Notes: generated by a model from the sequence alone, not told the origin. A stretch of 9,888 bases of DNA from Octopus sinensis (GCF_006345805.1 NW_021827798.1:1-9888), one strand, 5' to 3'. Positions 1 to 9,081 are shown, counted from the first letter of the stretch. Numbers and translations: made by a program.

Positions 1-190
1 AATAATAATAACGATAACAACAACAACAACAACAGCGATAACAATAACAAAACCGCGATATCATGTAAGCAAACATACTTTAAAGCTACAAAATAGCATC
101 TACAAGAACAAGAACAACAACAAAAGCAACGGGAACAACAAACACAAGAAAAACAGCAGCAAAAAAAAACCATATCAAACACATAACAAA

Positions 191-225
<35 letters not shown>

Positions 226-445
226 AATTACATCAACATCGACAACAATGATAACAAGAATAATAAAAAAAACAACTACACCAGCAATAACAATAACAAC
301 AAGAACCGAAACATTAATAGCAACGAAAAAAAACCAGAAAAACAAGAAAAACATCGGGAAAAGAAATACATCAGTGATGACATCAAAAACAGCAACAGCA
401 GCAACAACAGCAACAACTACAGCAACAACAACAACAGGAGCAGGA
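1..445. repeat. Degenerate (AAC/AGC/AAT)n low-complexity array with embedded (TAAA)n at ~188-226
   Basis: Seen directly: runs of aacaacaac, agcaacagc and taaataaataaa. Confidence 0.9.
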
Positions 446-555
446 GAGCCTCTAAATAGTGGAATGAAGTAGCGAGAAATAGCAACGAAAACCTCCCTCA
501 AATATCAGATCCTAGCTTTTTTTCACACATGAAGTGGGATTCAATGGACGATCTA

Positions 556-575
556 AGCAGCAGCAGCAGCAGCAA

Positions 576-617
<42 letters not shown>

Positions 618-994
618 CAGCAGCAGCAGCAGTAGTAGTAGCAGCAGTATAGTAGTAGTAGTAGTAGACCAGATTATGGGTTTTGTTGTAATTATGATTA
701 TTATTATTATCATTATTATCATTATTATTATTATTGATATCAATATTCTTCTTCTTACTAGTAGTAGTAATAGTAGTGGTAGTAGTAGTGGTGGTAGTGG
801 TAGTAGTAGTAGTAGTAGTAGTGTTGTTGTTGTTGTGTTGTAGTAGTAGTAGTAGTAGTAGTAGCAATAGCAGTAGTAGTAGTAGTAGTAGTAGTGCAGG
901 TTGTAGAGGCGATTCTGGTTGTGGTGGTGGTGGTGGTGGTGGTGGTGCAGGTGGTGGTGCAGGTGGTGGTGCAGGTGGTGGTGCAGGTGGTGGT
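556..994. repeat. Compound trinucleotide microsatellite: (AGC)n/(AGT)n, (ATT)n, (GTT)n, (GGT)n and a 12-bp higher-order unit (GCAGGTGGTGGT)x4 at ~947-994
   Basis: Seen directly; it explains all the homopolymeric ORFs in this interval. Confidence 0.95.
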
Positions 995-1220
995 ATGTGT
1001 AATAGAGGAAAAGTCGGGAAGGCTATGGCTGGGCCACCATACATTTAATCCAGAGAAGGAAAGGAGCTAACTTTAATAAATCTGGGATGTCTTTTGTATG
1101 GTATCTGATATACCTGTATTTGTCTGTTATTCATCTACATGCCACTGGCCACTCGGAGTTATATCTATTAACTCATTTTTGCTTAATATACATGTGTCTG
1201 TACATACATACATACATATA

Positions 1221-1253
1221 TTCTTTTATTTGTTTCAGTCATTTGATTGCGGC
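1221..1253 (-). mobile_element. Short 3'-tail fragment of a SINE-like repeat (minus strand gccgcaatcaaatgactgaaacaaataaaagaa)
   Basis: Resembles the LINE 3' end at 2661-2684 (gtttcag...tgYggc framing a hairpin) and ends A-rich next to (TACA)n. It also matches my recollection of an abundant octopus SINE tail (unverified). Only ~33 bp. Confidence 0.45.
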
Positions 1254-1348
1254 TGTCTAAGTGAGAGAGGGAGAAGAAACAAACTTCTTCGTCCACATTC
1301 AAACACGCTTTCTAATCTGTCTCTGGGCCGATAGCGGGAAATTATGCA

Positions 1349-1354
<6 letters not shown>

Positions 1355-1400
<46 letters not shown>

Positions 1401-1401
1401 G

Positions 1402-1432
<31 letters not shown>

Positions 1433-1467
1433 TGTGTGTGTGTGTGTGGTGTGTGTGTGGTGTGTGT
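1355..1467. repeat. (TA)n followed by (TG)n microsatellite
   Basis: Seen directly. Confidence 0.95.
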
Positions 1468-1479
1468 ATAAAAAATATA

Positions 1480-2280
1480 TATAAAAGTACAAAATGGGAC
1501 AAGAACACAAAACATTCAAATAGACGACACAAAAAAAGCCTCTAATCTTCTGTCAAGAACCGGATCATCCTTGCCATTTCGGCTGATTAATCTTGAGATC
1601 GCTCCGATCCGGCTAGCTCCAAGGAAAAACTAAGTTACGAGCATTAGATTTCTTGGAAAAAGGATCGAATGTATACGAAACAAGGACAGAAAAACGGACG
1701 ATGCCACACGAATATAAATGCAAAAAACAATAATAGTAATAACAGGACAAAAACAGCGGGTGTCTTACGACTTTAGACAGTTTTACTTAGCTTAAGTGGC
1801 GTATTTGGAAAATAATGCCTTACGGCAGACGAAGAAGTCGATGTTGTCATGGCGGTGCTCAGAAGCCGAAAGGATAGTTGACCGGCGGCCACGTGAGAGG
1901 AGAAGAGAGAGAAAAAAAGGGGCAAAGGGGCACACTTCTTCACTGTTCTCGTTCTGTCAGCGTTTTAGCGTTTCAGTCGAGTGTATTGGCATTAATGTGG
2001 CAACTTCTGAAATGTTGTCATGGTATATGTTGGCTGATGAAGATAGATCAAGTATATGTGTGCAGGCATATCTTGAAAAATCTGAAACCGGTCCCGGTCC
2101 CACAATATCCCTTTCTAGGTGTTTCATCTTTCAGATGTTCTCCCTGGAGGTAAGACAATTTTTTTCAAGTTTGTTGCACTCACGCATTTTTGTTAGTACA
2201 TACGCGGTAAAGCTATACATTAGCGTCGTATTATTACGTTTGCTATTTTCCAATAAATATCGGTACTTCGTTGTGCCATA
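1480..2280. mobile_element. Non-coding interspersed repeat(s), probably Penelope-like pseudo-LTR derived; may be composite
   Basis: Complex sequence bounded by microsatellites on both sides and containing a hammerhead motif at 2022-2110. No recognisable protein domain. Family assignment is inference. Confidence 0.4.
2022..2110 (+). ncRNA. Type I minimal hammerhead ribozyme motif (HHR-1)
   Basis: CTGATGA 2034-2040; long helix II (agat/atct, tcaag/cttga, atatg/catat) 2041-2083; GAAA 2084-2087; palindromic ACCGGT then C (GUC site, 2093); imperfect helix I ggtatatgttgg/ccacaatatcc, displaced by a ccggtc duplication. Confidence 0.75.
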
Positions 2281-2288
2281 TATTTACT

Positions 2289-2347
<59 letters not shown>
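2289..2347. repeat. (TA)n microsatellite
   Basis: Seen directly. Confidence 0.95.
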
Positions 2348-2350
<3 letters not shown>

Positions 2351-2377
2351 GGAGTTAAACGCAGGTGTTATTAGAAT

Positions 2378-2477
2378 TCTTTTACTTCCGACACATGTTT
2401 CGAAGATATCACTGGTATTATTCCAAAGGAATAAAATGGTGTAAAGCAATGTAATCTTCTCTTCGGGGAAATGAAGA
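2378..2477 (-). ncRNA. Type I minimal hammerhead ribozyme motif, core variant CCGAAGA (HHR-2)
   Basis: Minus strand: ttcatttcc-CCGAAGA(2466-2460)-gaagat...atcttc (6-bp helix II base, inner hairpin tattcc-ttt-ggaata)-GAAA(2401-2398)-C-ATGT-GTC(2392-2390)-ggaagtaaaa; helix I atttcc/ggaagt. Confidence 0.7.
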
Positions 2478-2578
2478 AATGAAACTCGTCAATAAGACTT
2501 TTTAACAGAAACTATTTAATTTTTTCCGAGTTAATCGTTAACAAGGGAAAAATACACACATCTATTTATATACATGCA

Positions 2579-2580
2579 TA

Positions 2581-2626
<46 letters not shown>

Positions 2627-2659
2627 ATATATGATGATTGATTGATTGATTGATTGATT
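2579..2659. repeat. (TA)n then (GATT)n; the latter is the (AATC)n 3' tail of the LINE
   Basis: Seen directly; short tandem-repeat tails are typical of CR1/L2-group LINEs. Confidence 0.9.
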
Positions 2660-2740
2660 CTAGTTTCAGCTTATGAGCTGTGGCCATGCTGGGGCACCGC
2701 CATTTGGTGTTGCTACTTGGTTTCACTTCACGAAAGCTTT

Positions 2741-5716
2741 CTAGCAACTGCCATTTGGTGCATAGAGAGAGTTCGATGCAGCTGCCCTCATCTGCCCCTC
2801 CTGCCGTGAAGTTGGTTCATCTGGGACACCTGACAGGAAGAGATCCAGCTTCATTTTAAAGACATCTGCATCCACCCCATGCAGGTCTCTCAGGTTCTTC
2901 GGGAGGATATTGAAGAGCTGTGGGCCTCGGAAGCCCAGGCTATCACAGAATTGTCCTACATCTTGATGGCAAGTTTGGAGTCCTAGGCACCACGCAGTAG
3001 CGCCCAGTTCTGGCATTTGCGTAACTCTCGATGCCAAGTTCAGGACACGTCCCTCCAGGATCTTCCAGATGTATATTATGGCATATCTTTCCCGCCTACG
3101 CTCCAGGGAATATAGTTTTAATCTCTTGAGTCTTTCCCACTAGCTTACATTCTGCATAGAGGCTATCTTCTCGTGTAGCTACGTTGGATCGCCTCGAGCT
3201 CTGTGATCAACTTGACACTGGATGGTGACCATAAATGAGAGCAGTAGTCAAAGTGGCTTAGGACAAGTGTCCTCCAGAGGACCATCATGGTTTCTTGTTC
3301 TCTTGTTCTAAAGGTTCTGAGGATCCATCCGGCCAGTCGTCTACATTTCATTGCCAATTTAGCAACATGTACACGAAGGTCGCGTCATCACTCATGTAAA
3401 TACCTAGGTCACGCACTGATTGTGCCTCTGGGATTGCTATTCCTCCGGGTCCAGTGTATTCATTGGGTATTGCATTAGTTTTGCATGCTGATAGTATAGA
3501 GCTTGAAACTTTTCAGCATTGAACTGCATGCTATTCTTTTCGGCCCACTTGTATATTTTGTCTAGCTCACATTGCAGGTGTTTAGTGTCCTCAGGGTTCT
3601 GTATTGCCTGTGAAACTTTTGTATCATCTGCATAACTTGTGATCGTGGCTCTCTGCGTGGCTGAGGGCATGTCTGAGAGGGCCATTATGAACAGTAGTGG
3701 TCCCAGAACAGTGCCCTGCGGAACACCGCTCACTATTTGCGTGTTAATGGAAGTGGCCCCATTGGCCACTACCACTGACTTCTATCTTTCAGAAAGTCAT
3801 GAAGCCATTCTCCCAGTTTTCCAACTATGTTGAGATCACGCAGTTGTGACATATCATTCCATGATCACTTTATCAAGGCCTTTGCAAAGTCGAGATATAT
3901 CACTTCCACATTTGAGTGGTTGAGCAGCCGTTTCAGCACCCAGTCATAGTGTTGTAGGAGCTGAGTTAAACAGCTTCTTCCTGGTCGGAAACCATGTTGA
4001 GTGTCGGGCAGCAAGTCATTTCTTCAAGGAAGGTGATCAGCTTCCTTCTGACTATTCGTTCCATGACCTTGCTGATGTGTGAGGTCAGAGAGATAGGTCT
4101 ATAGTTCTTGGCTTCCGCTCTGCTACCTCCTTTATGAATGGGGCATATTTTACCTTCCTTCAGTTTTCTTGGAAGTTTGAAGCTGCAAGGAAGCTTGCAA
4201 GGCAGGCTCTGAAAGAGGAACTGCAGTGGTCTTGCTAGGACTCTCTTACATGCTTTTAGGAGGATTGCCGGGAATCCATCGGGGCCAGTAGCTGAGTCTG
4301 TTTTCATTTCATCTATAGCCTTGATTACATCGTCTTCCTTTATATCGATGCAATCTATCGTCGCCGCCTCTGATTTTATATCTGAAGTGGTAAAAAAGTC
4401 AGTTGGATTGGTGATTTGGAGATGCCCAAGGGTGGAGTGAAAACACTCTTGAATTGCTCATTCAGTATTTCACTTACCTCATTGGTTTTCCTGTAAGTGT
4501 ACCATCCTTTTCGAGGAGTGGCCCTATTCTACAGTGCACCGTAGCTGTTTCTTGGCATACCTGTAGAAAGCTCTGGGGTTAGATTTTATGTTGTGTATAG
4601 ACCAGGCTTCTTTGTCTGCTCTTTCCTTTTCATGGGAGAGTTGCAGACATTTTTCGATTTCCAACAGTTTTATTTTTAGGCGGGACTTTTCACTGCTTTC
4701 AATCTGTTTGTTTAGGCGATTTGAAAATTTTGTACGCCGTCTCATTAAAATTGTCCTCTCTCGGGATTTTGTTCTTGTGTACAGTGGCCTTTCTCTGGAC
4801 ACATTTGTAGCATATGGCTTGCATTACAGACATGAATTGTTGAAGTTTCACGTCGATGTCTGGCGAGGAGAGACATTTAGGCCAGTTTTGTTTGAGGATC
4901 TCTTTCTCAATTTGTTTCCAGTTTGCCTTATGGTAGTTCAAGCTGGAAAGATTCTGAGGGTTTCTTGTAGGCTGCATGTCCGTGCTCTCTTTTGGCCCGT
5001 ACATGGTCAGCTCTATCATGTTGTGATCCGAGAGTAGTATCGGTGTCACTTTCACATTATGGATGAGATCCATGTCATTTGTGAAGCAGAGATCCAGTGT
5101 GTTTACCTGCCCTGGTTGGTTGGAGTATTACCTGCTCCATGTACAGGTGTTGATGAGGTTCAGGAGGGACCTCGCCTGTCCTCGTTCACATCTTGTCATT
5201 CCTGGGAGAGAAAGGCCCTCGGGCCATCTGATATTGGGCAGATTGAAGTCTCCCATAAGAAGTACACTTATGTGTTGTTCTAATGTGGTTAGAACTTCTT
5301 CTATTTTTATAAGGCAGTCTTCAAACTTGCCCACATGGCTTGGGGCATCTGGAGGGCGATATGTAGCACACACAACTACATCAAGTTGCCTAATATGTAC
5401 AATTAGTGTGTCACACACCGAGTTTGAGTATGACAAGAGGACCTGGGGTGTGAGGTCCTCACGGATGTACATAGCAACACCTCCATGACTCCTTTCTTTC
5501 TGACGGTCCGTATAACACAGCATACTGTGGTATGTGTAACTCCGCATCTGCTATATCCGGTTTCAGGTGCGTTTCCGTAAGTGCTATGCATAAGGCTTGA
5601 TTGCATGCAACAAAGTCTCTCAGAACGGGATTTTTGTCCTGTCTGAGTGTTTGCAGTCCTCTGATGTTCAGTAGGAGCATCGAGGTGAGGTGTACGTTGT
5701 TGCCGGCGGTGTCCAT
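2741..5716 (-). pseudogene. LINE ORF2 (AP-like endonuclease + reverse transcriptase) broken by multiple frameshifts
   Basis: APE motifs LLNIRGL, IALTETHL, HGGVAMYI, TYRPP, LMGDFNLP, SDHN. RT motifs ATGPDG, PIHKGG..NYRPISLTS..SKVMERIV, SGVPQGTVLGPLLF, YADD (~3623-3634), KWAEKNSMQFNAEK. C-terminal DYCSHLWSP and LYSLERRRERY. Confidence 0.93.
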
Positions 5717-6314
5717 CCTGGGTCTGTTTGCTGTGGTGGTCTGGTATATAGTGGGTAGTCCCACCTGCGGGCTTGGGTTTGATGAAGCCAGGTCAGCTGC
5801 TGTACAATCTTTTGTGCCATGCACAAAAAAGATTGTTGCTCAGCAGCTGCCCTTTCGACAACATCATGTTGGTGGTTTGGGCACGCGCACAACATCTGCG
5901 TACCTCCGCTTTGGGGCAAGTGGTGCGGGTCCATCCCTTTTCCTTGTGTTGATGGTTTGTCCATCTGCCTCGTGTCTCGTGGCAGGTCCCCGATGTGCAA
6001 AGCGGCAGCCTGCACCATCCTTTCCATGCCAGCAGGAACCTCTCAGGTAGAACCTACACACCCGTGTGCGCTGTTTGTTTCCAATCTTTTGCGGTTCCAA
6101 CTTTATTCCTGATTTTTTCACCCTTTGGTCCTGCTTGAGCTTTTCCTTTAGTTCTTCCAGCCCTTCTTTAGTTCTTCCCCTCCCCTCTACCTCTTCACCG
6201 GGTTCTCCGTCTCCATGGCCCTGCTGCCGGTGGAGACTTGCACCTGGGTTCACTTCCCGGGCAGGTTTCTCATTCAAAACCTCCTCCGGGCGTCCACCAG
6301 GTGGGGGTGACTTC

Positions 6315-6316
<2 letters not shown>
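5668..6316 (-). pseudogene. 3' part of LINE ORF1 with a CCCH-type zinc finger; probable frameshift near 5870
   Basis: The frame of ORF 5864..6277 stays open up to the (TA)n junction (KKSPPPGGRPEEVLNEK...) with no ATG. It has a coiled-coil-like LEELKEKLKQ and the motif C-x7-C-x8-C-x3-H at 6058-5993. Continuation in the 5668..6027 frame, overlapping the ORF2 start, is inferred. Confidence 0.7.

Positions 6317-6318
<2 letters not shown>

Positions 6319-6358
<40 letters not shown>
6319..6358. repeat. (TA)n microsatellite at the LINE 5' junction
   Basis: Seen directly. Confidence 0.95.
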
Positions 6359-6514
6359 AAGCCAAAGAGAGGGAGAAAGAGCAGATAAAGCCAGACTCCA
6401 TGCGTGTTGAATGACCGATGATTTTTTTTAAATAAAATCAAACGGACTTTTCTCTTTGGTACGAAAAGGATGTAAGGCAGGTGAAATAAATGAAGTCTAA
6501 TTTATTAGTTACTG

Positions 6515-6620
6515 TGGTCAAAAAATATGTTTCACGTTTAATGTACAAATTAAATAAATCAATTTTAAAAAATTAATTTAATTTAGAAGCGCATTTTACG
6601 ATCTTCAGTTGTATATACCA
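6515..6620 (-). ncRNA. Degenerate type I hammerhead motif with a long AT-rich helix II (HHR-3)
   Basis: Minus strand: tggt..caa-CTGAAGA(6608-6602)-helix II (cgt/acg, aatg/catt, aaattaaat/atttaattt, aatttt/aaaatt)-GAAA(6533-6530)-CATATTTT-ttg-acca. Same spacing as HHR-2, but GTC has decayed to TTT. Confidence 0.55.
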
Positions 6621-6951
6621 AATTTTAAGAAAAAATATAAATAACTATGAAATATATTTACCTTCATTTATCCACATCAATTCGCAACCCAAGGTATTCA
6701 ATATTGTAAAAAGTGAGAGAGTGTGTTTCAAAGTGGATGAAGAAGTTTGTTACGGACAGAGTCAACAACTACTGAAAAGGTTGCAAGACGCAATGAAAAT
6801 TTTAGAAAAATAAATAAGTGAATGAGTGGAAACTTCACCGGTGAGTGTGTTAAACAATAAGGCACTAAAAGAGAATGACTCTCCCCAGACACAAAATATG
6901 CTTCAGCACACGAACTCACATAGAGAATCTTGCAAACCAATCAAAAACGAA

Positions 6952-7001
<50 letters not shown>

Positions 7002-7020
7002 CTATATAATATATATATAT
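6952..7020. repeat. (TA)n microsatellite
   Basis: Seen directly. Confidence 0.95.
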
Positions 7021-7072
7021 GAAAAAACAAGTCAAGATAGAAACTGCTAAAATAATTTTATAAAGAACATTT

Positions 7073-7108
7073 CAGTGCCGGTTTCAGTCATTGAGACCTT
7101 TTCAAGTG
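7073..7108 (-). ncRNA. Hammerhead-like motif, core variant TTGAAAA (HHR-4, left arm)
   Basis: Minus strand cac-TTGAAAA-ggtc-tcaat-gact-GAAA-ccggc-a-ctg; helix I and the cleavage triplet are mutated relative to the right arm. Confidence 0.4.
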
Positions 7109-7222
7109 AGAGACAGAGAAAGGCAGAAACAAGGAAATGCCACTTATATTTGAACACTATACAAATATTCTTTTAAAAAAAACTTTCTCTTAATTTTTCT
7201 AACTTTAAATATTTAATCGTTA

Positions 7223-7259
7223 CAGTTGAAAAGGTCTCAAATGACTGAAACTGGTACTG
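7223..7259 (+). ncRNA. Hammerhead-like motif, core variant TTGAAAA (HHR-5, right arm)
   Basis: cag-TTGAAAA(7226-7232)-ggtc-tcaaat-gact-GAAA(7247-7250)-ctggt-A(7256)-ctg; GUA site; C3U and G8A together keep the 3-8 pair. Confidence 0.55.
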
Positions 7260-7336
7260 AAATTTTAGCATTATTTTTGCATTTTCTATTTTGACTTGTT
7301 TTTTCATATATCCAACTCGTGTGTTCCTTTTCATCC

Positions 7337-7372
<36 letters not shown>

Positions 7373-7377
7373 ATATA

Positions 7378-7421
<44 letters not shown>

Positions 7422-7428
7422 ATATACA

Positions 7429-7462
<34 letters not shown>

Positions 7463-7525
7463 CATACATACATGCACATGAACATACAAACTACATACAT
7501 ATAGCTATGTATATATATATATATA
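7337..7525. repeat. (TA)n, (TACA)n and (TA)n microsatellites
   Basis: Seen directly. Confidence 0.95.
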
Positions 7526-8783
7526 TTGGGTCATCCCATAAATAATGTGATTTTTTAATACTTTTATCTTTCAAAATTATGATAAACAAAGTTCTTTTTC
7601 AATCTAAAATATACTTTCCTTCATTTTCTACAATGCTCTTCCATCAATTTGCTAGACTTGCAAGGCCCCTCTTCCAAAATTCACTTGTCCGTGACGAAAA
7701 ATACTCCTCCAGTACTGTTCTGACCTGTTCATATTTTTTCCGCCCAAATGATTTTGAAGACTGTGGAATAAATGATAATCAGATGGGGCAATGTCTGGTG
7801 AATATGGTGGGTGGGGCATTATCTCTCATTCAAACTGTTCCACCCTTTGGAATGTCATCCTCACTGTGACCGAGCATTATCCTGATGGAAGAACACCTTT
7901 CGTCTTGAAACCAAAGATGGTCGTTTTTCTTCTAGCGCTGACTTAAGCCGCCCGAACTGCTCTCATCAGATCTCCTTTGTTATCGTTTGGTTAGGGTTTA
8001 AAAGTTTAAAGTGGACTAAACCTTTCATATCCCTCCAAACAGATAACAACACATTACGTGAGTGAAGACCTTCTTTAGCCTGGGGTGCCGGTGTTTCTCC
8101 TTTCCCTACCCACCGTCTTCGGCGTTTGACATTTTTATAGAGAACCCATTTCTCGTCAGCAGTCACTATTCGGTCCAAAAAAAAGGGTTCATTCGTGAGA
8201 TGTGACAGCAAAGAAGGGCACACATTCACTTTCCGCTCGCGATTAGACTCGGAAAGTCTGTGAGGAACTCACTGACCCAATTTGCTGACTTTTCCGATGG
8301 CACGCCGGTGTCGGTGAATGGTTGAATGACCAAATCCAAGCTTCTTTGCTAGTTCCTCAACAGTTACGATGGGATTTTGTTCCAAAAGGGTTTGCAGGAC
8401 GTCCTCGTCGAGCTCTACAGATCTTCCAGGACGAGGTCTAGTCTTCTAGGCTGTAGTTTCCGGCTCGAAATTTCTGGAACCATCGTTGACACTGGTTGAC
8501 ACTTATTGTCCATATACTGCATTAATATTCCTCACACTTTCCATTGCGTTGTTGCCTTTATTGAACTCTAAAGCAAAATATGCCGAATATGCTTCTTGTC
8601 ACTTTTATTATAGCTTTGAAAAAATAACTGTTAAAATTGAACTACACTCTTCAAAATTTGCAGCAAGAGTAATAACAAGATAAAATTACCACCTGTTTTT
8701 ATGACAAGTTGATGCAGGTAGTTTATCCCGTCCTCCATAGTTCATGCAATTGAAAAAACCGCATTATTTACTGGCTGACCAAG

Positions 8784-8784
<1 letters not shown>
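7526..8784 (-). mobile_element. Full-length (~1.26 kb) decayed mariner DNA transposon, probably cecropia/Hsmar1-like subfamily
   Basis: ~31-bp imperfect TIRs ttgggtcatcccataaataatgtgatttttt (7526-7556) and aaaaaaccgcattatttactggctgaccaaga (8753-8784), flanked by TA, with an internal transposase. Subfamily assignment is inference from TIR and protein resemblance. Confidence 0.93.
7599..8608 (-). pseudogene. Mariner transposase pseudogene
   Basis: Minus-strand translation gives HIRHILL, RWFQKFRAG, PRPGRS-like linker, *VPHRL (WVPHEL), IVTADEKWVLY, FHQDNAR, PHPPYSPDIAPSDYHLF, and ends EGKYILD*; there are in-frame stops and frameshifts. Confidence 0.93.
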
Positions 8785-8815
<31 letters not shown>

Positions 8816-8842
8816 ATTATATATATATATATATATATATAT
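8785..8842. repeat. (TA)n microsatellite
   Basis: Seen directly. Confidence 0.95.
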
Positions 8843-8872
8843 GTCGGTGAGCCGGCGACGTGTCCGCCCATC
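8843..8872 (-). mobile_element. Inverted 30-bp upstream piece of the RTE fragment
   Basis: The reverse complement gatgggcggacacgtcgccggctcaccgac reads W-A-G-H-V-A-R-L-T-D with two 1-nt deletions; this is the motif that precedes RWT in RTE ORFs. Confidence 0.7.
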
Positions 8873-8880
8873 ATATATAT

Positions 8881-9081
8881 ATCGGTGGACCCACGCAGTA
8901 GTCGAGTGGTACCCGCGCGAGCGGAAAAGACCACCCGGAAGACCTCCACGACGGTGGAGTTACGATTTCAGGAGGACGGTTGGGATCACGTGGATGAGGA
9001 AGGCGCGATCCAGAGAGGAGTGGACAGCGTGCTGTGACCAGCGGTGTCAAATGGACGCCTGACGGACTGGTCGGTCAAAGT

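Larger units (their letters stand above)
2633..6318 (-). mobile_element. Non-LTR retrotransposon (CR1-group LINE), 5'-truncated within ORF1, decayed
   Basis: Collinear minus-strand ORF fragments in the order ORF1, APE endonuclease, RT, C-terminal domain, short 3' UTR and (AATC)n tail; much more GC-rich than the flanks; (TA)n on both sides. Confidence 0.93.
7021..7336. mobile_element. ~315-bp non-autonomous element with ~85-bp imperfect inverted repeats (7021-7105 / 7226-7305), each arm carrying a hammerhead-like motif
   Basis: gaaaaaacaagtcaagatagaaactgctaaaataat versus the reverse complement of attatttttgcattttctattttgacttgttttttc; atttcagtgccggtttcagtcattgagaccttttcaa versus ttgaaaaggtctcaaatgactgaaactggtactgaaat. 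Confidence 0.8.

Noticed and set aside
175-1048. ORFs encoding poly-S, L, V, T, I, G or P tracts, including the proline-rich 553..1044
   Set aside because: These are translations of trinucleotide microsatellites that are open in several frames; there is no domain or splice evidence.
1235-1545. HT/YI/CV-repeat ORFs
   Set aside because: Translations of (TA)n and (TG)n.
1849-1863. tggcggtgctcag resembling the LINE tail tggcggtgccccag
   Set aside because: Too short, and the similarity does not extend.
1796-2374. 192-aa ORF on the + strand
   Set aside because: Non-ATG start, no recognisable domain, runs through a hammerhead motif and a (TA)n tract.
2699-2760. 11-bp direct repeat gccatttggtg at 2699-2709 and 2750-2760
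   Set aside because: Internal to the LINE 3' end, so it is not a target-site duplication; no function can be supported.
3287-6359. Plus-strand ORFs of 63-149 aa across the LINE
   Set aside because: Antisense shadows of the minus-strand LINE ORFs.
7579-8683. Plus-strand ORFs inside the mariner
   Set aside because: Antisense to the transposase pseudogene.
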